A stretch of DNA of 64,000 bases from Terriglobia bacterium (GTDB lineage: Bacteria > Acidobacteriota > Terriglobia > 20CM-2-55-15). Positions within the stretch are counted from its first letter, which is position 1. Each line of letters starts with the position of its first letter. A model generated the notes under the pieces. It was not told the DNA's origin. It saw only the letters and a list, made by a program, of their open reading frames with translations, and made no database searches. Where the stretch lies: assembly GCA_963664115.2 (NCBI GenBank), contig CAXWPJ010000006.1:1-64000 (forward strand), written 5' to 3'. Shown here in pieces: positions 21,533-32,197 of the stretch. Made by a program: the position numbers and the translations under genes.

Positions 21533-22519
21533 GTGCCCCTAACACCCAAAGAATCGGTCGCTCTCGCTGCCATGGCGGAATTGCTGTATGACTTTCTGCC
21601 TGGCTCCGGCAATCGCAAATGGAAGAATCACGTCACGTTTGCCTCCGTTGCAGCCAAGGCTGGAGTTGGAGACAACTGGCCCGGTGGAAGCAAGACCGCG
21701 GCAATCGCTACTTTGATTAGACGTACGCTCGAAAATGATCGAGGTTACTTCCAGCGGCTCATCCTAGAAATTGTCAATCAAGGCATTGCCTATCGGCAAA
21801 AAAAGGGCAATCCGGTTAGATCAGAGGAAATTAAGTCACTAAACGGACTAATCCTCGAAGTTGGATTCAAGTTCCCAGAGCTTTGGGATCCCGATCTCCT
21901 CGTCTCGCTGTCATATGACTCTGGTGATCGAGCTAAGGAATTGTTTGAGGAAGCGATTCGCCGGGAGAAAACCCAAGCAACTGTGCGAGATCGGCGAAAC
22001 GAAGAGCTTGAACAGCTGAAGAACCAACTCTTAGAACTCTGCACGATGGTCGATAGAAATGCTGCAGGTTTCGAGTTAGAACGATTGCTCAACAAGCTTT
22101 TTGAAGCATCTGACCTCGCACCACGCAAGCCTTTTCGGGTCCTCGGTGAGCAGATAGATGGCTCATTTGAATTGGATCACGAAGTCTACATGCTTAAGGC
22201 AAAATGGGTACAACAACCGGTGCCAGAGTCAGAACTCCTAGTTTTCAGAGGAAAGATTGAAGGTAAGTCCGCGTACACTCGGGGACTGCTCATCGCACTG
22301 AATGGAATGAGCCAAGATGCTTCACAGGCCATCGTCCGTGGAAAACAGGCTACCTTCTTCGCCATGAGCGGACATGACTTGATGGTGATTCTGTCGGGAG
22401 AGATTCCACTCGTCGATTTTCTTCGCCTCAGGCGTCGATTGCTTGGCGAAGAGGGGGTATTCTCAGTTCCTTTCGGCGAGTTGAAGAGGGGTTCAAGAGC
22501 ACACAAGACGATTATGTGA
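21533..22519 (+). CDS. PD-(D/E)xK restriction endonuclease-like protein (Mrr-like C-terminal domain)
   Basis: Motifs GFELERLL, GEQIDGSF and YMLKAKW; GTG start after GAGGTGG. Confidence 0.75.
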   Translation: MPLTPKESVALAAMAELLYDFLPGSGNRKWKNHVTFASVAAKAGVGDNWPGGSKTAAIATLIRRTLENDRGYFQRLILEIVNQGIAYRQKKGNPVRSEEIKSLNGLILEVGFKFPELWDPDLLVSLSYDSGDRAKELFEEAIRREKTQATVRDRRNEELEQLKNQLLELCTMVDRNAAGFELERLLNKLFEASDLAPRKPFRVLGEQIDGSFELDHEVYMLKAKWVQQPVPESELLVFRGKIEGKSAYTRGLLIALNGMSQDASQAIVRGKQATFFAMSGHDLMVILSGEIPLVDFLRLRRRLLGEEGVFSVPFGELKRGSRAHKTIM

Positions 22520-22621
22520 AGATCGATTTTCATGGATTTCGTCGTCGAGCGTAATCTGCTTGGGCCGCTCGTTGGCTCGGTAGCCTGCGTAGGCATCGAC
22601 GTAGATCTGGAGGGGCATGCT

Positions 22622-23359
22622 TCAGATGGCGAGCTTCCTGAGCTTCCAGATGTTTTCAGCAGGCCACCGCTCGGCCCACGACCTCGGCACAAAATCCGAA
22701 TAGGTAGTTTCGGCATTATTCGGTGCTCGTAGTTCGACAAGATCCTCAACCTGAAGGGCGTGTTGACGAAACAGTCGAATCCACCCACCGTAGGGCAGCT
22801 GGTAGCACGTTTGGTCACCATCCTCTATGGCGTGCAGACCAAAGTAATCAGCAGCGAGTTGTGACGAAACTCTGTCCTCGTTCGCGTCCCAACAAATGTC
22901 GCGAATCGGACTCGACATGCTAAACGCGAAAATACCACTGGGCCTGAGCACCCGCGACGCCTCTGCAACTGTCAGTTCGGGCGGCGAAAAAGTTGTCGCG
23001 CCGTGATCACAGAAGACAATGTCGAATGATTCAGCGTTAAAAGGCAGAGACTCGGCACTACCTTGCACTAGGGGAATAACCTCCGAACTCTTTCGGGCAT
23101 GTTTCAGCTGTCGCTCCGAAAAGTCGATCCCTACAACTTGTGCACCGACTTCATCAAGAGCAATCGACCACTGAGCAGCTCCGCAACCAAGTTCAAGAAT
23201 ATCGACCCCTTTGACGGCTCCAAGAATCCCCAGTTCAGATTCAGGGATTCGCCACACACCCCAAGCCAACGCTGTTGCGGAGAGACTGTCCCCATGAGCA
23301 TCTTGGTAGCCATCGCTTGTGGCGTTCCAGTAGTCGCGGTTCGTTCTCTTCATTGACAC
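22622..23359 (-). CDS. Class I SAM-dependent methyltransferase
   Basis: Motifs ILELGCGAA, SFDIV and RVLRPSG. Confidence 0.9.
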   Translation of the reverse strand: MSMKRTNRDYWNATSDGYQDAHGDSLSATALAWGVWRIPESELGILGAVKGVDILELGCGAAQWSIALDEVGAQVVGIDFSERQLKHARKSSEVIPLVQGSAESLPFNAESFDIVFCDHGATTFSPPELTVAEASRVLRPSGIFAFSMSSPIRDICWDANEDRVSSQLAADYFGLHAIEDGDQTCYQLPYGGWIRLFRQHALQVEDLVELRAPNNAETTYSDFVPRSWAERWPAENIWKLRKLAI

Positions 23360-23640
23360 GTGCCCTTCTCAGACTCTGACCGTCATGCTAGCAGAGCCCA
23401 GCCAGCCTGAACCATAGGGCACACCCGATCTGCCTCAAGTGACCCAGTTGCCCTAACAATCTCTATCCCGGTGAAGTTCTGTAAGTAAATATAGAATGGA
23501 GTGGAAATGCTGGGTCAACTAGGGCGTCTGGGGCACCCTCTCGCGCCTGCCGATCCGACTAGTGCAAATGATTATGCCCCAACGCAAAGATCGGGTAACG
23601 TAGCCACAATTTACCAACCGCCGTCGAGGAGGGCCACGAC

Positions 23641-24063
23641 ATGAGTTCCATCAAAACAGGACGTGTTGTGCTGGGGGGATTACTGGCCGGTGTGATCGTA
23701 TTCGTTAGCACGGCTGCACGGATTCTAGTGCTGAGAGAACAGATCGTTGGATTTATTGAGAGCCATGGTCTACAGGGCCTTGGCCAGACGGAGGGGCTCG
23801 TTTTCTTGGCGGTCTACTCCGCAGCACTGGGCATATTGATCGTCTGGCTATACGCAGCGCTCCGTCCTCGATTCGGCGCGGGCTCAACGACGGCCATCCT
23901 TGGCGGAATGTTCTACTGGATCTCGATCGACCTTGTGCCTTATGCCGCTTTGCTCAGGTTCGACCTGATTCCTATCGGCGGTGTGCTGGTGCACTGGATC
24001 TGGACTGTCGTTGAAATACCAGTTGCATCGTTGGTTGGTGCGTGGGTCTATCAGGAAGAGTAA
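23641..24063 (+). CDS. Four-TM hypothetical membrane protein
   Basis: RBS GAGGAGG; motifs WLYAALRPRFG and GAWVYQE. Confidence 0.8.
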   Translation: MSSIKTGRVVLGGLLAGVIVFVSTAARILVLREQIVGFIESHGLQGLGQTEGLVFLAVYSAALGILIVWLYAALRPRFGAGSTTAILGGMFYWISIDLVPYAALLRFDLIPIGGVLVHWIWTVVEIPVASLVGAWVYQEE

Positions 24064-24228
24064 TGGCCGCGATGGGGACGTGCCACAGGCTGGTGAAACC
24101 ACCGACGCAACCGAGCCACACACCTCGTCCGCCTCGATAGCGACTCGCCCCACCGCCTCGGCTCTAAGTTGTTGGTTTTAGGGGATGACTCGACGGACTC
24201 GGTTGTTTCTGCCCGGCGCTGCCAATTC

Positions 24229-24262
24229 TCAACGTCCGAGAAGATGATTTCTCAGGACTTGA
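24229..24262 (-). repeat. 34-bp cassette-boundary site, copy 1
   Basis: TCAACGTCCGAGAA GATGAT TTCTCAGGACTTGA on the + strand. Confidence 0.95.
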
Positions 24263-24291
24263 GCGGTTAGATCATCTACCGTGCGGACTGA

Positions 24292-25676
24292 GAGTTATAA
24301 CCGAATCTGGTGTTTGAGGGATTGAATAAGAGCGGCGTATCTGGTTGATTTGTTGTGACAAAACTTCAAAGCAACCATAGGAGATACGCCACTGTGAGCA
24401 AGAGTAACGTGAATGGACCGGAAGGTCGAGAAACGATTGAGGATCCAGTAACAGAACTACTACGAGTTGGGGCACAGCAACTGATCCAACGCGCAGTGGA
24501 AGCCGAATTGGCAGAGCTGCTATCCCAGCACGGTGGCCGGCGAACTGAGACAGGAAACGCCGGGGTGGTACGCAACGGTTATCTGCCGGAACGCGAACTG
24601 CAGACGGGATTGGGTCCGGTAACAGTCCAAATCCCGAAGGTCCGTGCCAAGACGGGCGAAGCTGTGACGTTCCGATCGGCCCTGGTACCACCGTACATTC
24701 GGAAGACGAAGTCGCTGGAAGCAGCGGTGCCGTGGTTGTATTTGAAAGGCGTTTCCAGCGGCGAGATGGGTGAGGCCCTAAAAGTTCTTGTCGGTCCCCA
24801 GGCGCAGGGTCTGTCGGCGAGCACGGTATCGCGGTTGAAACAGGTTTGGGGCGAACAGTACCGCCTCGGATGCGAGGAGCGTTTGGATGCAGATCGCTGG
24901 GTCTATGTCTGGGCCGACGGCATCTACAGCGGACTTCGGGCGGAACAAACCAAGTTGTGTGCATTGGTCGTGATCGGCGTGAATGAACGCGGAGAGAAGC
25001 GTTTCCTGGCGATCGAAGACGGTGTACGGGAATCGACACAGAGTTGGCGCGAGGTCTTGTTGAAGCTGAAGTCCCGTGGGATGAATGTTCCGAAGTTGGC
25101 CATCGGTGACGGTGCGATGGGGTTCTGGGCCGCACTGGAGGAAATCTATCCCGAGACACGTCAACAACGTTGCTGGATGCACAAAGTCATGAACGTCCTC
25201 AACTGCCTGCCCAAGTCGGTCCAGGCGAAGGCGAAACAGGCCCTGCACTCGATCTGGCAGGCCGAGACGAAGGCAGACGCCGAGAAGGCATTCGACTTGT
25301 TCATTGAAACCTATGAACCGAAGTATCCGAAAGCCACACTCTGCCTGCAGAAAGACAGAGAGGAACTGCTGGCCTTTTACGACTTTCCGGCCAAGCACTG
25401 GCAGAGCATCAGAACGACGAATCCCATTGAGTCGACCTTTGCCACCATTCGACACCGAACGAAGCGATCCAGAGGTTGCCTGACACGGGATGGCATGCTG
25501 CACATGATGTTCAAACTGGGCCAGTGCGCTGAGAACAATTGGCGACGATTACGAGGATTCGATGATCTGAGCAAGGTAATCATCGGAGTGAAATTCAACG
25601 ATGGTGTCGAAGCGACACAAGTCGATCAGGCCGCCGCTTGAATCAATCTCCTAAACACCACTTTTGACAATAACTC
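24292..25676 (+). mobile_element. IS256-family element; transposase 24355-25641; 9-bp TSD GCGGACTGA
   Basis: Termini and TSD seen directly. Confidence 0.97.
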
Positions 25677-25718
25677 GCGGACTGACTTCCCGTAGTCTAG
25701 TTCTAGGAATTGTCTCGG

Positions 25719-26630
25719 TCACGACTCTATCGCGAAGTCCATCCCCAATAAGCTCTCGCGCAGGAGAGCAGTGTCGCCAATATCATCGCCATATAGGACA
25801 CCGATGACGGCGGCGTGGAGAGCACGAAATCGCGCTATGATTTGGATCGGCTTTTCGACGGCTCCATAGCTATCCCAAAATACTTCGCGACCCTCGGGTG
25901 GCAGAAAACCGAACGCAATAGCCAAATCCATACTGGGGCTTCCTAGGTGGATGTCGCCCCAGTCAATCACGCCGCTTGGCAGTCCAAAGTTGTCCACAAG
26001 GATATGCTCCGCTGAAAAATCGCCGTGTGACAATGTGTTCAACCGCGGTTGAAAGTCCGATGACATCTGTTCAACGATCCGTTCCCAAGGTGAAACGTCA
26101 GCAACCAATCCCTTTCCTCGAATCGTCAGAAGACTTGAGAGCAACTGTGGAATACGTTTTCCCATGTCAGCTCGGCCAAATTTATCTCCCGGAATTTCCA
26201 GATCTCCCGGATCAATGGCATGTAGAGTTGCTAAGAAATTCGCTAAGGGAGCAGCAAGTTCCTTCCTCTGCTCTCGCGTCAATCCAACACTCAGTGCCGT
26301 GGTGCCTGGAAGAAAGCGATAGCCCGCAAACGGCCAATCATACTCTTGTGTTGGCTTACCAACCCATCTTGGTACTGGGATAGGGAAAGGCAACTGAGCT
26401 GCAATTCGAGGAAGGACGCGAGTTTCCGTCTGCAGCAGTTCCACCGCTATCTCTCGGCGAGGAAACCGGAAAACCCAAGTCCTGTTCACTACGTAGGCCG
26501 TATTGTCCCAACCCTCACCTAGAAGTTGGATATGCGCAGGTCGAAGCTCCGGGAATTGGCTTTCGATCAGACGAACGGCCGCATCTGGCATCACGATATG
26601 CTCAGGTAGCCAAGGTTTACCGGTAGGCAT
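25719..26630 (-). CDS. Aminoglycoside phosphotransferase-family kinase
   Basis: Motifs GEGWDN, VFRFPR, HGD and VIDWGD. Confidence 0.88.
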   Translation of the reverse strand: MPTGKPWLPEHIVMPDAAVRLIESQFPELRPAHIQLLGEGWDNTAYVVNRTWVFRFPRREIAVELLQTETRVLPRIAAQLPFPIPVPRWVGKPTQEYDWPFAGYRFLPGTTALSVGLTREQRKELAAPLANFLATLHAIDPGDLEIPGDKFGRADMGKRIPQLLSSLLTIRGKGLVADVSPWERIVEQMSSDFQPRLNTLSHGDFSAEHILVDNFGLPSGVIDWGDIHLGSPSMDLAIAFGFLPPEGREVFWDSYGAVEKPIQIIARFRALHAAVIGVLYGDDIGDTALLRESLLGMDFAIES

Positions 26631-26656
26631 TACTGAAGAGAGTACCAGTCTGGAGT

Positions 26657-26690
26657 TCAACGTCCGAGAAGATGATTTCTCAGGACTTGA
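26657..26690 (-). repeat. 34-bp cassette-boundary site, copy 2
   Basis: Identical to copy 1. Confidence 0.95.
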
Positions 26691-26705
26691 GAACGGATTT
26701 CAGGG

Positions 26706-27068
26706 CTATTCGTTCTCGAAAAAGATCAATCGATTGCCAAACGGATCGGTGATCGTCATCTCTTTTGTGTTCCACGGTTTCTCTTCGACGCTTGGCTTCA
26801 CGTATCGATAGGCCTTGTCCAGTAGTTCTTGATTCAAAGCACCAACGTCATCAGTTTCGATGCGAATCGCGCTCCCTGGCGTCCCGTCGCCGTGGTGTTC
26901 GGAAAGATGAAGGACGCAGTTATCTTTGGACAGTTGCATGTACAGAGGGAACTCATCACCAAACCGATGCTCCCAGTCCACGGAAAACCCCAAGTAAGAG
27001 CCATAGAATTCCTTCGCTTTTGCTTCGTCGAAGATTCTAAGAATAGGGGTCGCGCTGGATAGGCTCAT
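26706..27068 (-). CDS. Glyoxalase/bleomycin-resistance (VOC) protein
   Basis: Motifs TPILRIFDE, LGFSVDWEHRF and DPFGNRLIF. Confidence 0.92.
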   Translation of the reverse strand: MSLSSATPILRIFDEAKAKEFYGSYLGFSVDWEHRFGDEFPLYMQLSKDNCVLHLSEHHGDGTPGSAIRIETDDVGALNQELLDKAYRYVKPSVEEKPWNTKEMTITDPFGNRLIFFENE

Positions 27069-27118
27069 ATGGTCACTAGCTGTGGTGATTGGTCCCGAAA
27101 AGTGGTGAAATCCAATTC

Positions 27119-27210
27119 TCAACGTCCGAGAAGATGATTTCTCAGGACTTGAGAATCGTTTTCACGGTCATCTGCGGAACCGGCACCCGTTCCTTCAGTT
27201 CTTCAAACGG
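27119..27210 (-). repeat. 34-bp site copy 3 (27119-27152) plus accessory motif B (27176-27210)
   Basis: Core identical to copies 1-2, followed by GGAACCGGCACCCGTTCCTTCAGTTCTTCAAAC. Confidence 0.95.
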
Positions 27211-27226
27211 GATAACTCGATGGCAC

Positions 27227-27664
27227 CTACGGTTCCGGCTCCCGCCTCCAACTTGCGCGAATTCCAGCCGACTCCCCGCCCGGTACCCAGATCACCAGAG
27301 TCTTGGTCGGCTGATCTCCCGGAACCTTGTGAACGACTTCGTCACCAGCATGGACGAAGCCTGCCATTCCCGGCGTTAGGATATGACTGATGCCGTTGAC
27401 TATGTGTTCGAGAACTCCCTCAACGACGTAGAAGATCTCCAATGAACCGTGGGCATGAGAGATCGATTCGGTTCCTGCCTGGAAGACCATCTCGCCGACT
27501 TCGATTTCACTCGTTCCAAGATTGCTTTCATCAAGCAGGACGCGCAGAACGGTGCCGCTGGGGGCAACATAAGTGGCACTGGGTGATGCCGACTGAGACA
27601 GTGCAGAGGAAACACAGAAAATCAGGGCGAGTGAGGACAGGATAATGGCGGTTCGATTTAGCAC
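27227..27664 (-). CDS. Secreted cupin-domain protein
   Basis: HAH…EIFYVVEG…H cupin motif. Confidence 0.85.
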   Translation of the reverse strand: MLNRTAIILSSLALIFCVSSALSQSASPSATYVAPSGTVLRVLLDESNLGTSEIEVGEMVFQAGTESISHAHGSLEIFYVVEGVLEHIVNGISHILTPGMAGFVHAGDEVVHKVPGDQPTKTLVIWVPGGESAGIRASWRREPEP

Positions 27665-27772
27665 AATTGACTCCTTCAGACTTAGCTCATCTCGTGAGGG
27701 GCGAGTATTCTTGCGATCACGGGACCGGCACCCATTGCTTCAGCTCTTTCATCGAAGCTGCCCACGCGCTAC

Positions 27773-28657
27773 TCATTCATCCGGTTCGATCAGTTGACTA
27801 CGTACACCTTCCACGTAGCCGGTCGTGTGCACATCAACGTAAAGATTCCCCTGAAGCAAGTCCTGGAGATCCTCTGCAGAGAGCTTAATCGTACCCGATG
27901 CGCCGGCTTCCCCTCTCCCTCCGAGTAGATGGATCATCGGACCGGGCTCATCAAGCGTGCCACGGTGAATGTGAGAACCCAAGACCTCCGCGTCAAGAAC
28001 TCCAGCAACCGACATTGAATACTCTAGGTTCAACGTATACCAGTCTAATGTGAAGCGACTTAGGGCACTCGGGCCGATTTCCGTGGGCGTTGTCTCCTCT
28101 GCTCTCGCTGTCTCCACTTCGAACGTTAAAGGTTCCGGCGGATGCACCAAGCTCGGTGTAGTGACCGGCGGACTTCGATGACGAGTCGCCTGCTCATACG
28201 CGTACGCCAGCGTTATTAACTTGGGTTCGGCGAACTCCCGCCCGAGCAACTCCAATCCGACAGGCATCCCATCTTCCGCGAATCCAGCCGGCACCGTGAG
28301 GGCGGGCAGCCCAGAGGTAGCACTCAGCCGACAGTTACTCCCTGCCTGCTGGGTACCAATAGGCGCAGCGGTTCGTCGAATCGTCGGGTAGACCAAGGCG
28401 TCCAGCGCGTGCTCGTCCATCAATTCGACTACGGCTTGGCGAACCTCATCCCGTTTCGCAATCGCTTCGCGGTACTCGTCAGTATCGAGACTCTCAACCT
28501 CCATCGTCAAGCGAAGCCCGTTTTCAAGCGAGTAATGATAAAGTCCCTTTTCCACGATCTCGTCCAGCGACTTCACAGGCGCTCCGGGTGTCTGCCTCAG
28601 ATAGTCGGTCAGATCGAACCCAAACTCTTGGCGAATAACCGAAAAACCGTCCTCTAG
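27773..28657 (-). pseudogene. Amidase C-terminal part fused to a CHRD domain; N-terminus lost at IS1380
   Basis: GLPALTVPAGF…GLELLG (amidase) and SHIHRG…GNLYVDVHT (CHRD). The frame beyond the IS hits a stop within about 50 bp. Confidence 0.8.
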
Positions 28658-30506
28658 TCCCAAAACAAGCGCATAACCAGTCCGCCGAGGCCCAGTTCGC
28701 GCCGATAGAATTCGAGGCATAGAATCCCGTTCCCGGATGGCCTGTTCCAGGTATCGAGTTTCTGTTGAATCTGTTTCAGTTCAGCCTCGCTGGTGTTGGA
28801 CGGTTGACAGAAACCGGGACCTCGATCGCCCGGGCTCAGAGTCATGATCGGGTCAACATCGCAGAGGCTGACGCAACACATCCACCCCGCGGAACAAGAC
28901 CGGCAACCACCGGTTCCAGGCCAGGATCCGGAACAGAATGCGCCGCCCGGTGCGCACGAGTTGGCACGGCACAAGCATGAAAGCGTTCAAGAAGGTTTTG
29001 AACTCCATGCGCAGCACGGTTTGCTTCTCAGCCTGATATTTTTGGCCCCAACGTCCGGTTTCGGGAAGCAGCAATGCAAACCACGCTTTCAGTGTCCAGG
29101 CCAGTGACGCGATCACCATGTAGGCCCAGTTGCTGGTCTGATCTCCGACCGGCATCCGCAACGCCTGAACGCCGTTCTTCAACTGCTCAATGAGATTCTC
29201 CTGATTGCACCGTTGATTGGCACGCATCACAATCTGGTCGGCCGGATCCGAACGGTTGGTAATGTAGAAGAAGTACCGGATGTCGTCAAACAACACCTGC
29301 TCTCCTTTGGCCACCGACAGATTCTTCCGCACCACGACGACACGGTAGTCCCGATCGCAGGCTCCGGGTCGATACCGAAACTCGGCCACATCCTCACCCT
29401 GCAAGCGGATATTGTCGAAACCGCGCTGCCGAACGATCTCTTCCTTCACGTTGTCGGGACGTTGGCGCGGTTCGGTCGCCACGTCGTATTTCGCGGGCCG
29501 TTCCAGGCGCTTCCACTGGCGCGGCTCCAGTTCATCGGCCCGGGCCTTCAGGTTCGCCATCGCGTCAATCCCGAATATGAAACCCACCTGCTGGTCGTCC
29601 CATCCGTCCAGATGCCGGGTCTGGCTGAAGTCCGTGTCCCCGCGCAGCAGGATCTGGCGAAACCCCGCATGCCGGCACAATGCGATGGCTTGGTCGAACC
29701 GGACCGCGGCTCCTTCATGCGACGGCCGGTTGCCGCTACGATTGACCAGATACAGCGGTTCGGCGGTGTTGGCCAGCGAGATCATCAGCGGGTGATATCC
29801 CCACGTCCCGTCGTAGGCCACGTCCATCCCTTGCTTGCATTCCCCCGTGGTTTCGGCCAGTGTCCCGTCCGCGTCCAACACCGCTTCTTCGAAAAACGCC
29901 GCCGGTTGCTGTCGCCAGACTCCGAGCCGGACTTGATTGGTTGCCTCCATCAGACACTCCACGTCGTCGGCCTCGAATCTCCGGCAGAAGTCTCCCGCCG
30001 TCGTCGGATCCGGAATCCGTTGCGCTCCCAGCGCATCCAGATACACCGCATCGTTGCGCCGCAGTTCGATGTCTTCCAGGCACGTTCCTCCGCTCAAGGC
30101 GTTGTAGGCGATGTTCAGCACGTGATCCGACTCGTGATACGGCAGGTGCCGCTTCAACACATGCACGCCCTTGTCGATGGCTTCGATCAGCCCGGTCCGC
30201 CGCGCCACCAGTTGCATCGTCCCGATACCACCAACCGATGTGCCCCGCGTCCGCTCTCCCATCTCGTACTGAATGTTGCTCGCCGAAAACATCGGCTCTA
30301 CCTGATCCGTCCAATGCCGGTCCCCAAGCCGACGTTCGATTCGCCGCTTGCGGTTCCTCATGTTCTTGCGCGTATAATCGTTCATCTGAAATGCCTCCTT
30401 TTCCGAAGAATCTGTTCAAGGTTTTTTTCGCACGGAGAGGGGGCATTTCGGGTACTTCCGCTCTTATTGCACTATCATTTCCTCGTCAATCACGCTTGTT
30501 CAGGGT
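28658..30506 (-). mobile_element. IS1380-family element; transposase 28853-30385; flanked by CTAG
   Basis: 510-aa DDE transposase (LDADGT, RGDTDF, QENLIEQLK); imperfect TIR CCCAAAACAAGCG/CGCTTGTTCAGGG. Confidence 0.9.
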
Positions 30507-30719
30507 CTAGCCAGGCAGGGGTATCACAGGAATACGTTGCAGCCTGGCCAAGAAGTCACCGTCGTTGGCCATCCTTCGAAATCAGGCGCGCCCGTTGGGC
30601 TTACGGTAGATGTCATACTTGCCGACGGGAGCAAAATACTCCAGAGGAGACAGGCGGGCGCTCCTCCTAGAAACTAAAAATTGAGGACGCGACGCAGAGA
30701 GTTGCGTAGGAGGATCAGA

Positions 30720-31583
30720 ATGCCGAATCTTTTCGTGGGCGTGCTGCTGTGGGTACTTTTTCTTCCGTCGCCAGCGTTCTCCGGCCACCCGGAGGAACAA
30801 GAACCGGGAACCGAGGGAGCTGCGAGTCAATTCGATCCACGTGATTTTTCGGGAATCTATATGCGGCGGGGCGGAGACCGTGGCCTTAGCGCGGATATTC
30901 CTCCCATGACGCCGGAAGGTGAGGCAAGGCTCGACGACAACAGACCTGCCCGCGGAATCCCATTAGGCGACCCGCTGAACGGGGAACATCCCGGCCGCGC
31001 GAGGGCCGTTGTACCTGCGCTTTCAAACGATCCCATGATGGAGTGTAATCCGCAGGGTTTTCCTCGCCTCCTTCTCGATCCGGAGCTCGTCGAATTCGCT
31101 CACCTTGAGAGGCGGCTTCTGCAAATCTTCAACTGGGAAAACAGGATGCGCGAAGTCTGGCTGGACGGGCGAGAAGTGCCTTCGGGTGAGAACCTTGATA
31201 ACCTGGGGCTGGCGTGGTACGGACTCTCGGTTGGCGAATGGCAGGGAGACACCCTGGTTGTCCACACGGTCGGTCTTGATGATAGAGCGTGGGTCGATAT
31301 CTTCGGTTTTCCGAAGAGCTCCGAAGCACGATTTGAAGAGCGCTACAGGAGGATCGACGCCGATACGATAGAGCTACAAATTACGATGTATGACCCGAAG
31401 TACTACACAGAGCCTTGGGTGTCCGACACGAAGATTTTCGAGCGGCAGCCTGCCGAGAGTTACACGTTCTTTGGGTGGTCGGGCTTGTTCTCCGGGATTA
31501 TAGACGGAATCTGCGCGCCGATGAACGAGGTCGATGACTTCAACTCCAGAGTTCGAGATCCTGCGGGCCTGGGTGCGCCGTGA
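30720..31583 (+). CDS. Secreted protein, 'GLSVGEWQGDTLVVHT' family
   Basis: PRDFSGIY, CNPQG, the family motif and DPKYYTEPW. Confidence 0.85.
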   Translation: MPNLFVGVLLWVLFLPSPAFSGHPEEQEPGTEGAASQFDPRDFSGIYMRRGGDRGLSADIPPMTPEGEARLDDNRPARGIPLGDPLNGEHPGRARAVVPALSNDPMMECNPQGFPRLLLDPELVEFAHLERRLLQIFNWENRMREVWLDGREVPSGENLDNLGLAWYGLSVGEWQGDTLVVHTVGLDDRAWVDIFGFPKSSEARFEERYRRIDADTIELQITMYDPKYYTEPWVSDTKIFERQPAESYTFFGWSGLFSGIIDGICAPMNEVDDFNSRVRDPAGLGAP

Positions 31584-31832
31584 TCGCGATAGAGACCAGA
31601 AGGGGTTGAGGAGACACGGGGAATTTCACCCCGAGTAACGGGTCGCCGGAAGCGATCCGCAAGATTGCCGACCTCCGGGCCTGCCGTCCCGCGCAACATC
31701 GTCCTGAACTGTTACGAAAATATGACGTAAGCCCTTTAGAATCAGTCCAGGCATTTCGGGGCTTCTTCAGCAGTATCGAGAGCGCGAAAATGCTTATTTT
31801 CATCATTCGGGGTGAGCCGCACTCATGAAGTC

Positions 31833-31914
31833 TGGTTTGAAGAACTGAAGGAACGGGTGCCGGTTCCCTGATTTGCGAGTTCAAGTCCTGAGAAATCATC
31901 TTGTCGGACGTTGA
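31833..31914 (+). repeat. Motif B (31833-31867) plus 34-bp site copy 4 (31881-31914)
   Basis: TGGTTTGAAGAACTGAAGGAACGGGTGCCGGTTCC … TCAAGTCCTGAGAA ATCATC TTGTCGGACGTTGA. Confidence 0.95.
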
Positions 31915-32197
31915 GAATTGGCAAAATCGCGTTGTCGTTGAGTTCTAGGTGATTGAAGTCGGGCAGCCAAAATGTGACCGATCAGCGGACCTCAGACCAA
32001 AGCGACTTCCTGTCGCAGCCCCTACCCCCGTCCGCCGCCGTCGTGGCCAGTCGGGAGGACTCCGGATCACCTGCACCGGACAGAGTCCGTTCCGTGGACA
32101 TGCGGGTCTCAAGCGTATATGCTGCCGACACTCGAAACGCACAACACGGTAACGGACGTTGCAGAGCGTCATTGGGCAAATGACGGAGGGAGATTTG

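Noticed and set aside
25719-27068. Clinical antibiotic-resistance cassette (APH plus bleomycin resistance)
   Set aside because: Only family-level motifs are visible; substrates cannot be inferred.
29213-30670. Long antisense ORFs over IS1380, IS256 and other genes
   Set aside because: These are shadow ORFs of GC-rich coding sequence with no motifs.
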